A stretch of 64,000 nucleotides of DNA from Alloascoidea hylecoeti (Eukaryota): the NCBI GenBank assembly GCA_001600815.1, contig BCKZ01000020.1, positions 1-64,000 of the forward strand, written 5' to 3'. Under the pieces are notes generated by a model. That model made no database searches. It saw only the letters and a list, made by a program, of their open reading frames with translations, and was not told the origin of the DNA. Positions 34,380-44,966 of the stretch are shown here, piece by piece (positions within the stretch are counted from its first letter, which is position 1; each line of letters starts with the position of its first letter). The position numbers were made by a program, and so were the translations under genes.

Positions 34380-37300
34380 TTAACTAGAAATATCATAATC
34401 AGAAATATTATCAAATTCTTGTTTCCATCGTAAATTAAAATCATCATCGTGATCATCTACAAATAAAGATGAAGAGCTGCCATGGGCAGTTTTAATATTT
34501 TCATTCCCATCTATGCGGTATGCTCTAGTTGATGATATTTGAGGAGTACTATCATTATTGTTTCCAAGGATCGTTCTTCTTCTTCTTAATGAATTATTTT
34601 CATCTAAGTTTAAATTGCGAACTTCCGAACTTAAATTTGAGTTATAGTTGGTGGATCTCCGTTTATTAACAGATTGTGATAAAGATAATGGAGGTGATGG
34701 TTTTCGTTGAAGTTGGCTTGGTCGAGCATATCTTGGACCTGGATAATCATCATAACCTAATAAATTTTCATCACGATTATGGAAATTATCATCTGGCAAT
34801 AAATCACGCGAATAAGTATTGCCATGTCGTTGTTTATAATCAAGATTTGATCTATATGATCCTTCCCTGACATCATAATGTTCAAGCTCATGCTCTAAAT
34901 CAAGATCAGGGGAACCGTTATAATTTTGTTCCTAATATCCCGATTAGAATTTATATTTTAAAAAATTTGAAAAAGTACAATTAAAAGAGAGTAAAAAGAA
35001 AAACAAAAAATAAGCTCTTAAAACAATCACAAAAAAAGAGATAAAAAAATTTTAATGTAACAATAATTCATACCCCACCACACATTATTTTTCTTAAATA
35101 AAAGTTACCGTAATAATAAAATTTCAAGATAAAAAGAATAATAATAATAAAAAATAAAACCAAAAATTTAGATATTTACCCTTGATCGAACACTTCTTAA
35201 TTCTCTTGAAGAAGTCATTACTCCAGAACCAGTTGCAGCTTGAGGAGCTACCCTTCCTGTTGATTTTTTAAATCTTCCTTTATCATTCCGTGGTGTTTGT
35301 CCTCTTGATGAAGGAGGTAATATATTATCCATTTTCTCTTGAATTATATCACTAATTCTTTTATCTAATACTTTATTTTCATCAGTCTCATCATTTCCAC
35401 CAGTATATCCACTATTATTATTATTTTTATTATTATTTCTTATTGATGATGATCTTCTTGATTGTTTTGTAACTTTCTTTAATTTTTCATATTTTTGTTG
35501 TAATATTCTAAAATGTTCTTTCATTCTATCACGTTCAAATAATAATTTTTTAATTGATGTACGATAAGTGTTAAGTTTTTCATCTTTTATTTGTAATTTT
35601 TCTTGGAGATCAGTTATTTGCATTCCTTGTTCTTCTAATTGTAATTTTAATCCACGAATTCCCGCAATATCACCACTTTCATCTTCAGAAATCATTTCTT
35701 CGTCAGAGAGTGAATCAAAAGATATTGCATCTTCAGCTACAGCAACTTCTAAACTTGAATCACTATTCAATTCAATATCTTTAATAACTTTTCCAATCAA
35801 TGAAAATTCCAGAGGATTATCATTAGATTCTTTCTTGGTAGTAGCTTTTTTAGAAGACTTTTTAGCTTTAGATCCATTAGTTTTCTTTGGTTTACTTTTA
35901 GGTTTAGGTCTTGATTTCTTTACAGCAGGTTTTCTTTCTTTCCTCTCTACTTTAGGCTTTTTAAATTCATTCTTAACAACAGGTTGAAATAAACTTTCAC
36001 GCTTTCTCTTCAGGATATTTCTACCCAAACGAACACCAGATGGTTTAACGGGACCAAATTCATCAACATCAACATTTGAAACATTAAGATATTCTTGAAT
36101 AGTAGATACATAACCTTGATTTTCAATGGATAGAATTTCATTAAGATATGGGACAAGTTTATAATTATCTCCAAAAATTATGCATATTATATTGACAGTC
36201 TCTAATGAAAAAACCCTTGCCTTTTTATCTTGTAAAGATCCAATAAGAAAAGTCATTATTTCAACAAGAGTCTCTTCATTTGATAAATCATTTTTCAAAA
36301 CATTAGAATCAAAGGCAATTACACGTAAAGCATTCTCTATTCTTTTCATAGACATTCGGCTTTTCTTATATGCTTGATGAATAACAAGCTTAATATATTC
36401 AAGACTTCCGATTTTTTCGGCAATATGGATACAAGCATTCAGTGCAACAAAGACAACATAATCTTTCTTATCAGCAGTTCTTGAGACGATGGAAGAAACC
36501 ATTGTCTTTGCATAAGGTGCAATATCTTCCAACCCAAGTGTAAAAACAGTATATAAAGCCATTGCACAAGTAGCAACTTGGGTACTTTCATCGCCGATAA
36601 TACAATTACCTAAACCTTCCATAATTTCAGGCACATTTAAAAATTGACCTTCAGTTGATGAAGCTTCAATAAGTTTTTTATTAGCAACTTCATTGAACAT
36701 TTCAATTATACTATCTCTTCTTTCTTCCCAACGCGTACTCGCCAACGCACGGGCAATGAAATCAATTGGAGCTTGAAGAGAAAAAATTGGAGCATCTTCA
36801 GGTAACGAATCGGGAACTTCAGGAATTTCACCTTCACTATTAATGTAAAACCAAGTTCTCTCTTCTTCTAGTTGTTCAGAAGCATCAGAAAGGGCACCAC
36901 CCAGATCTTCAATGACTCTAACGGCAATAGAGGCTAAATCTGGATCAATTGCTTCCACTTCCACAGATCCTTCATTAGTATCAACAAATAAATCAGAATT
37001 TTCTGTATCTGTAGATTTAACTCTTTTGGTTTTATTTCTAGTAGATCGTGTTGATGTTGGAACAGAAACTGGATTTATTTCAATTTCTTCAGGTTTCATA
37101 ATCTTAAGGAAAGATTCATATTTATCAATCACATTTGATTCAACTTCATCCAAAGGGACATGAACATCAGGATTAACAAAATCAGTAAGATTGTCATTTC
37201 CAATTTTTAAAGGAAAATCCCGGCTAATTCTTTTTAATTCTCTGGAAGGAGAGCGTTCAATTAATTCTGTAATAAAAGGGGTCCCCAAAAAAGAATATAA

Positions 37301-38089
37301 TGTCGAAACTAAAGAAACAGTTTCAGAAACTAACTTTCTATTAGAACTTTTAAGAAGAGTTGGTAATAATTCTATTGTGTTCAATGTTGAGATGGCATTA
37401 GTACCAAACTTTTGATAAATATTATTCAAAGATAATACAAGATACTCGGGATTTTTAATTAACTCATCCTTGAGATATATCAAAAGAGAATTGATTACCG
37501 TGTACGCGCAATTTGTCTCGATCAATTTCTCAAGAAGAGTTGTTGCTTCTTGTCGAACACCTTTATCAGAATTGGTGAGGCAATTGACAGCCAATGCCGG
37601 TAAAATATCATCACGAATACTTGAAATAGAAGAATAAATAAAACCGTAAAAAGTTAACAAAGTGTTTCGCAGTAAAATATAAAAGTGTGGATGAAAAACA
37701 TACGCGTTTGTAGCTGCTGTTCCTTCAGCATTTAATAGATTTGAAATAGTTTGTATACCAAAGATTATCGCTTTAAGATCTCTGTCACTAATAATTTTAA
37801 CTGCAACAGCAGGGTCACTGATGAATAAAACGACTAGTTGGTTGTATCTTCCATCGCTAGACCCAAGAGCTAAGATGTCATCGGCCTCTTCAAAAGCAGA
37901 AAGTCTAGTTTTGATGTTCTGTTGACGCGTCGAAAATTAGTAAACAAGCTGCATTACAAAAAAAAGCCCGAGTTGTGTGATCAGTCAATTCCACCAGCAA
38001 TTAATATGGTACCCGCGGTGAGAACAAAAACATACCGGGCTCAAAAGAGACGACTTGATGGTCTCTGCAAAGGACGTTAACTTCGCCAT
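34380..38089 (-). CDS. Divergent Stu2/XMAP215-like protein (two TOG domains, basic linker, coiled coil); 4 exons (38089-38036, 37918-37704, 37619-35180, 34931-34380)
   Basis: Introns 38035-37919 (GTATGT..TACTAAT..CAG), 37703-37620 (GTATGT..TGTTAAC..AAG) and 35179-34932 (GTAAAT..TTCTAAT..TAG) all keep frame and join the 830-aa and 139-aa ORFs. TOG1 LLSPNIKTRLSAFEE..; TOG2 LASTRWEERRDSI..IIGDESTQV..RTADKKDYV. Confidence 0.75.
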
Positions 38090-38204
38090 TTCTGAACTCT
38101 AACTATTGAGGAGGTTATACAGGAAACAAGCAAGCAAAGGGAGGGTAACTTGATCTCGAGTATTTAGGATCTTACACGTGCACTTTTTCCAGCCCAACTC
38201 CAGT

Positions 38205-40061
38205 ATGCTTCCTCGATCGGCTGCCAGGTACTCTTCTCGTTTGCTCTCAAAACCTCCCAGAGGATTATTCACTAGTAGAGTGTGTAGATATTTTTCTTCT
38301 TTGTCTTCCGTTGTTTTACAGGAACTACCAAAGGACTCTTTTATAGAACTCCCCAATGATGTCGAGGATGAAAAGAATCGTTTATTTCAGTATTCATGGG
38401 GCAATTGGTTAACCAATGATGCTAAGGAACATGAAATTAGAGAGACTAAATTTTCAATGAAAGGCCTTGGTGATGTCCTATATGCATTATCAAAAATCTT
38501 AAAGGATTATTCTCCAGATGATGCTATACGTGCTCCTATAGATTTGCCAACTGAAGGAATCACTGTATTAGGTGAAAATATAACAAATAAAAATATGGGA
38601 ATTTTAAATCCTAATGAATTCCTTCATCCAACCCAAATTACAAGTATTCATGAAGGAAGACATCATAGAATTTATAAAATTCAATCATCAAATGATAAAT
38701 CATATATTTTAAGAATTCCTTATTTTAAAAGAATTGAACCATATGATTCTAAAGCATATTCTGAAAGAATTAAAAGTGAAGTTGCAACAATGGATTTTTT
38801 ACAATATAAAAATTTAAAAAATGATAAAATTGGAATTCCAAAAGTTTTATGTTATGGTACAACAACAGAAAATTCATTAGAAGCTCCTTTTATTTTAATG
38901 GAATATATTGATGGTGAATTATTAATGAGAAAATGGGATCCAAGGTTTAAATCTGGTATTGCTAATGAAGAAGTTGAAAATAATTTAAAAAATACTTATA
39001 CACCAATGTTAGATAGTATTGATATGTTATTAGAAACAACTTTCAATAAATTTGGTAGTTTATATTTTACAAAAGATGTTGATTCATCTTTACAAAATGA
39101 TTTACCATATGATGGTGAAGAAAATCATAAACTTATTGATAGATGGAGAATTGGTCCATCAACAGATTCAATTTTTTGGAGATTCAAACAAAATATTAAA
39201 GGTGTTGAAAATTTAAGAGGTCCATGGTTATTAAATGAATCAAATAAATTTGTTAATGATTTAATTCAAATTGAATATGAAAGAATTGAACAAACTTCAA
39301 AAGATGAAAAAATTTTAATAACATTAAATTATTTTAAATCAATTTCATCATATTTAATAAATTCAAATTTTTTTAATGATTCATCATCAAATTTAAATGA
39401 ATTATTTAAACCAAAACTTTTCCATCCATATATTGATCCAATGAATATTATATCTGGTAAAAATGGTAAAAAATATTTAATTGATTTTGAATCGACATCA
39501 ATTAAACCATTTTTTCATCATAAATCACCGGATTGTATTGATTATTCAGGTCCTTCAATTTTTGATATTGAAAAAGATGTTCCAAATATGAATGATTTAC
39601 CAATATCATCACAAGAGCATATTAAATTTTTATTTGATAAAACAAGAAATCAATATTTTTATGAAAAAAATTTTAGTAAACATCAACCAATTTTGATATC
39701 AAATTATTCACCAACTTTAAAAAGAATTAGAAATCCTTTTACTCTTTTAACGAATTTAAAAAATGATTCTGATTATATTCAATTAAAAGATCATTTATTT
39801 GAAATTATGGCAATGTGGCCAAGAGATAATTTAAATACTAAAGATAAAGATGTTAAATTACCAGTTGATATTACTGAAGAAGAAATTGATCAACATATGG
39901 AAGAATTTGCTGAATATTATGATACTATAAAAACTAATCGTTTTGGACATACTCAAGGGTGGATTCCACGTTTAATGTTTGAAGAATTAAAGAAAGAAGG
40001 TGTAATTGCTCCTAAGAAAGATAATAGTGGTGATCACGAAATAGTTGAACCAAAAATATAA
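38205..40061 (+). CDS. AIM9: Mitochondrial kinase-like (APH-family) protein
   Basis: Presequence from ATG 38205. RLFQYSWGNWLTND..RETKFS, SIHEGRHHRIY, RIKSEVATMDF, FNKFGSLYF, RWRIGPS, TQGWIP. Confidence 0.88.
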   Translation: MLPRSAARYSSRLLSKPPRGLFTSRVCRYFSSLSSVVLQELPKDSFIELPNDVEDEKNRLFQYSWGNWLTNDAKEHEIRETKFSMKGLGDVLYALSKILKDYSPDDAIRAPIDLPTEGITVLGENITNKNMGILNPNEFLHPTQITSIHEGRHHRIYKIQSSNDKSYILRIPYFKRIEPYDSKAYSERIKSEVATMDFLQYKNLKNDKIGIPKVLCYGTTTENSLEAPFILMEYIDGELLMRKWDPRFKSGIANEEVENNLKNTYTPMLDSIDMLLETTFNKFGSLYFTKDVDSSLQNDLPYDGEENHKLIDRWRIGPSTDSIFWRFKQNIKGVENLRGPWLLNESNKFVNDLIQIEYERIEQTSKDEKILITLNYFKSISSYLINSNFFNDSSSNLNELFKPKLFHPYIDPMNIISGKNGKKYLIDFESTSIKPFFHHKSPDCIDYSGPSIFDIEKDVPNMNDLPISSQEHIKFLFDKTRNQYFYEKNFSKHQPILISNYSPTLKRIRNPFTLLTNLKNDSDYIQLKDHLFEIMAMWPRDNLNTKDKDVKLPVDITEEEIDQHMEEFAEYYDTIKTNRFGHTQGWIPRLMFEELKKEGVIAPKKDNSGDHEIVEPKI

Positions 40062-40152
40062 ATAGATCAAACTTCTGTATATAAACTTAAATTGTTATAA
40101 TCTGTAAATAGTTTTAATTATACTAAATTTGAATTGATATCATTTAAACTAT

Positions 40153-40935
40153 TTACGTACAAAGCTTACCACCATCAGCAATAATAGTCGTTCCTGTAAC
40201 AAAATCACAAGCATCACTTGCTAAGAATAAAATAATCCCATCAAAATCTTCTGGTTGTCCAACTCTTCCCTTTGGTGTTGATGCTGTAATGGCGGCACCA
40301 AGATCTTTCATTTCACCACTAATTAACGGTGCACTCATATCGGTTTCAATAAGTCCAGGTGCAATACAATTAACATTAATTCCTTTACCTGCCCATTCAT
40401 TTGACATTGATTTTGTCATATGAATTAATCCTGCTTTTGCTGCTGCATATCCAGCAACTTGTAATCCACCAACTATTCCCCAATTAGATCCAATATTTAT
40501 AATTTTACCTTTAATTTTTTTTTTAATTTGATGAGTACCGACAGCTTTTGATAAAATAAAAGGTGCTGTAAGATTAACAGCAAGAGATTCATCCCAATAT
40601 TCTAAAGGATATTCTGAAAGTTCTGCATTTCTTGCTATTCCTGCATTATTAACAAGTATATCAATTTGTCCAGTTGGTGATAATTCAATTGCTTTTGGAA
40701 CAATTTCCAATACTTGTTCTCTATTATTTAATTCAGCATTAACAATGGAAACTTTTCTACCTAATGCTTTAATTTTTTCATAAGTATCTGTTTTAGCTTG
40801 AGACCTTTGAACTAAAATCAAATCTGCACCAGCTCTGGCAAGAGATAAAGCCATAGAAGCACCAATTCCTCTTGAAGAACCTGTGAATAAGGCTACTTTT
40901 CCAGTTAAATCAAATATAGAATTTATACTAGCCAT
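40153..40935 (-). CDS. Short-chain dehydrogenase/reductase, KduD / 2-deoxy-D-gluconate 3-dehydrogenase-like
   Basis: FDLTGKVALFTGSSRGIG, ILVNNAGI, YAAAK, NEWAGKGINVNCIAPG, FLASDACDFVTG..ADGG. Confidence 0.85.
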   Translation of the reverse strand: MASINSIFDLTGKVALFTGSSRGIGASMALSLARAGADLILVQRSQAKTDTYEKIKALGRKVSIVNAELNNREQVLEIVPKAIELSPTGQIDILVNNAGIARNAELSEYPLEYWDESLAVNLTAPFILSKAVGTHQIKKKIKGKIINIGSNWGIVGGLQVAGYAAAKAGLIHMTKSMSNEWAGKGINVNCIAPGLIETDMSAPLISGEMKDLGAAITASTPKGRVGQPEDFDGIILFLASDACDFVTGTTIIADGGKLCT

Positions 40936-42212
40936 GTTTAATTGCTTTTAACGCTTTTAAGGTTTGGACTTTTAAAATTTAATATAACTTATATTGTTAA
41001 ATATTTAAATTTTCAATTTGTAAAACTAATTGCAATAGGTTTAATATTTATACATTTTCAGTTGAGAATTTATATTTGTTGGTACAATATAATTTCATGT
41101 AGGAAACCTATATCAGGGGATAATTGATCGACATGTACTTAAGCCTATATGCATCTGTCTATCAATATCAAAACACCTTAAAAATAGATTGTTGGTACTA
41201 TTAAAGCTTCCAAAGATCAATTGCAATATATTGAGATATATCACAATTTATCTTAAATTCTTAATTAAGGTTTCAAATAAATTTGTAATGTTTCTTCTTA
41301 CAATAGGCCATCACCCAAAATTGTGAGATATGTCTAAAACATTATAAATGAAGCCAAAATTGGCTCCGTATCGGGTTAAGAATTTAAATTTAGGCGGTGT
41401 TTTTTTTTTTGAAATAAATTTTGGAACATATTATTAATTATGCGATGCTGATGACTACTAGACTACATGTACTAGTATTGACAATTTGACAATTTGACAA
41501 TTTAATATAACCAGATACATAGAACCATGCAGATGAGTTAATCCTAACAACTCATTATCATTTCATTCTCACTTCAGCATCCGATTTAGAACTTCCGGAT
41601 ACCGTATAACCTATACTTCAACTTCATACTTCTGGGCTCATATCAGTCATTAATATAGGAAAAAATATATATAGATATAAATAGATCAGGCTTTCCTTTA
41701 AATCTTCATCTCAAACTAATTCATCTACATACTATCTCAAGTATTAATATAATCTAACTTTCAACCAATAAATAGCAATGATACCTGGAGAACAGTAACT
41801 AATTTATCTAAAACTTGTTGAATAATTCCCTCTTCTGTTCAATTTTATTTAAGTACATAAGTAAATACACTTTACAGTCACTCCACTTAATTGTGGCTGT
41901 AGTTTGAATTTGTAAATTTTCACCGATATTCAATTGCGTTTCTTTGTTACTTGGACAAACTGTTGGTCAACAAATAAGGTGTAAAACGGTGCTATTTTAA
42001 ATCCCTGTATCCATAAAGCCAACCAGCGCTTAAACACAAATGCAAGCTGTTTGACACACTTCTATATATTTAGTTTTACTTTATAAGTCAATTGAACCAT
42101 ATGCATGAATATATACAAGTTTTTGATATTGTAGTACTCGGTATATTTGGCTATATAGCCTTAAATTCCATCTCAAGATCCTCATCAATTTTCTACAATT
42201 TAGATTCATGTA

Positions 42213-42371
42213 CAGTCATTACACTTAATTTCGACCATTCTTATTATTAATTACCGCCAATTCCCATAATTAATATGACCGCATCATTACCGGTGTAACC
42301 GTTAATATACAGGGGTATAGGAATAGCTAATAATCAGTAATAAGAATGGTCTAAATTAAGTGTAATGACCG
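42213..42371. mobile_element. 159-bp Tc1/mariner-type MITE with ~40-bp TIRs and TA target-site duplication
   Basis: TA|CAGTCATTACACTTAATTTCGACCATTCTTATTATTAATTA ... TAATCAGTAATAAGAATGGTCTAAATTAAGTGTAATGACCG|TA. A related end TA|CAGTCACTCCACTTAATT lies at 41875. Confidence 0.85.
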
Positions 42372-43059
42372 TATAAAGTAGGTTTCTAACATAAAGGTGG
42401 ATAAGATGAAATTACCGTATAAGAAAAATAGCGAAGAACCAAAACCAAAGATAGTGACAGTGATTTTAATTCTTCTTATAATATTAAGATGGTAATTACT
42501 ACTTAACCTTAGATCTTTTAATGAAGGCCACTACTAACTATTCCAATTAAGAAGCTTAAGTGCTGAAACAGATTTTAACTAATTATAATGTTAATACTAA
42601 TTAATCATAGGATATGATTTATTTTCTCATTTTGTAATTACAAGTCCTCAAAATGGTACATGTATATCGCGGTGCATACAAATTAATCAAGGTCAAGCCA
42701 AGAATATCTAACTAATCAATAGCTTGATTAAATATAAGCATTCTCAGTGTAGGATTGTAAGTTTCTTGATATGATATTCATCTCTAGATCATGAGGTTTT
42801 AATTTATAAGATTAGGAATTGACAGACAGGCGTTATACCTACTTTGACTAGACATTACACGGATTTGGAACCAATTTGAATCATCATATAGATAGGTCTG
42901 GTCTATTATAATTACAACTAATATGGATTAATCTCTACCTTAGTTCATACTAATGAGATCAACGGCTCACACCTCAAAAATGCGCGCGACGCCTAAAATT
43001 TGATATTGTTTTACACTGAATCGAGCGCTAGCTACCAAAGAGGCACAATTTTGAGATGA

Positions 43060-43295
43060 TGCCTCAAACATGTCATGTAGAGTAAAACATTTGATTGTAC
43101 TTCCCCCGCTTTGCATCAAGAACAGAGAAGACACTTCAAGACAGAGTCATCTATAACTTCTATAACCCTACAGTTTCTTCACCTTCTATTATTGGTGGGG
43201 CGAAATCAGTCTAGGATTACCAAACCTATTTTTCTGTTTCTGATGTTTTTATTACGTGTGGTAACTATTTTACACATTTTCCTGCTGGTGCTTAG
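43060..43295 (+). pseudogene. Possible decayed Ty1/copia integrase fragment
   Basis: SRTEKTLQDRVIYNFYNPTVSSPSIIGGAKSV* resembles the copia RAxxPLExVHxDxxGPxxxxSxGGAxY motif; short and interrupted. Confidence 0.3.
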
Positions 43296-43439
43296 TGACT
43301 CAACAGTATAATTCTTAATCTTACGACTGCAACACTGTACAAGATTGTTATTATTATTATTAAATATGATATACAAATACAAAACATACGGATCTATTGA
43401 ATGAATTTCTTTTTTTTTTTTTCACTTCTATGTATATTT

Positions 43440-44813
43440 TTATTTTTGCGCAAAGTCTTTTTGATCTTTTATTGTTAAATCATTAAATGAAACATCATTA
43501 TCATTATTTTCGTGTTCTTTAATTTTATCATTTATATTAATATTCATTGATAATTTTTCTTGATCATATATTTCTTTTTCCATTTCATTACTACACCAAA
43601 CACCAACCCTACCCCAAAACATTCCTTCACGTCTTTTAATACATTCTCTCCAACATTTATCTAAATCTATTTTGTTTCTTTTATCACATTTCCATATTCT
43701 ATTTTGAATCGAACTTAAAAATGAAATGAAATGACATACAGATCGTATTCGATATAAACAATAAGGACATAATGGATAAGTTATTGGATCTGTAGTTATA
43801 GATGATAATGATGCACGTTGTATATGTTGTTGTGGTGAAGGTAATGGAGAATTAGAGCGAGAGTCTGATATAGGAGTTGTTGAATTAGACAACGATATTG
43901 ATGATGATGATGTTTTAGGATAAAGTTTTAAAATATAAAGACGTAAATGAAGAATATCAGATCTTGTTTCTGCACAGAATGTACAAGGGTGTATGGTTGC
44001 TTTTGGTGCATCTAAATGGGTTGGTTGTATATTTGGAGAAGAAGGATTTTCTGAAAAAGCAGTTTGTAAATGTTGAAGCCATAGATCATTAACTGGGGCT
44101 AAAGGTTCTAAAATCACTCTTGCTTCCATTATTGCCGACATTAAAGATCTTTTTGCTAACCAGGATAAACCTGGTGCAGTATCAAGTTTTAAAGTTGGTT
44201 CCACTTCTGTTGGAATTAATCTTTTCATAAATTTATATTCTTTTAGAGGCATATTAGGATATGATATAATATTATCTGAATTAATATCAATAGTATTTGG
44301 AATCATTTCACAAAATTCATTAAATATATCGAGATCAGTTCGAAGGACCATGAATTGAGATTTGGGGACTAAAGTTAAACTACTACTTGTTGTTGTGTTT
44401 GAACTTGTAGGCGTATGTGTCAACCCCGAGGGATTGACTTGGGCTTGATCCTGAGTGGTCCTAAGTACGTCTTTTAACTGGCTTAATTGTAGGGTCATAT
44501 TTTCCATCAGTGTATCTCTTTCTTTGATGATCTGTAACAGATGTGCGTTCCTTTCGAGGACTTTTGCCTCGCTGATTCGTGCCTCCTTGACCATTTCGCT
44601 TGCTTTCGTGAAAAGAGAAGCCGAAAGGTCTTCCATTTCCGCACCGAGTCTGAGAGCTTCCTGCTGGGCTGCCTCACGGGCCGCCGACTCAGTTGCCAGC
44701 TGCTTCCTTGCGGCCGAAAGCCTCTGCTCCAGGGAGTCGGAGTGCTCTATTGCTTGGAGCAGCTGGACGGAGAGGTTGGATATCTGCTGTTCTAGCTCGT
44801 CTGTCTCAGACAT
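43440..44813 (-). CDS. SEC2: Rab (Sec4) guanine-nucleotide exchange factor
   Basis: Coiled coil with EMEDLSASLFTKASEMV; KFMKRLIPTEVEPTLKLDTAPGLSWL; C-terminal CTFCAE..LCPYCLYRIRSVCHF..REGMFWGRVG. Start is 44813 (MSETDE) or 44873. Confidence 0.9.
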   Translation of the reverse strand: MSETDELEQQISNLSVQLLQAIEHSDSLEQRLSAARKQLATESAAREAAQQEALRLGAEMEDLSASLFTKASEMVKEARISEAKVLERNAHLLQIIKERDTLMENMTLQLSQLKDVLRTTQDQAQVNPSGLTHTPTSSNTTTSSSLTLVPKSQFMVLRTDLDIFNEFCEMIPNTIDINSDNIISYPNMPLKEYKFMKRLIPTEVEPTLKLDTAPGLSWLAKRSLMSAIMEARVILEPLAPVNDLWLQHLQTAFSENPSSPNIQPTHLDAPKATIHPCTFCAETRSDILHLRLYILKLYPKTSSSSISLSNSTTPISDSRSNSPLPSPQQHIQRASLSSITTDPITYPLCPYCLYRIRSVCHFISFLSSIQNRIWKCDKRNKIDLDKCWRECIKRREGMFWGRVGVWCSNEMEKEIYDQEKLSMNININDKIKEHENNDNDVSFNDLTIKDQKDFAQK

Positions 44814-44966
44814 ATGTTGATAAGTTAGAAGATCTGGATGGAGGATCCTGCTGCTTAGAGTTGGGTGAAACATTACCCTGCCTCTGCCTCAGGAGCCACG
44901 GGTCACCCTGCCTTTAGTATCATTCTGAGCAAAGTACCATCCACCAGTTTATATTGATCTAGCAGG

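Noticed and set aside
30110..34380. Centromere (inverted repeats + retroelement relics)
   Set aside because: Arms are only 120-175 bp, there are no CDE-like motifs, a tRNA lies inside, and similar relics fill other intergenic regions; sequence alone does not support it.
40153..40935. Bacterial horizontal transfer of kduD
   Set aside because: KduD-like SDRs are widespread in fungi and composition matches the host; would need a phylogeny.
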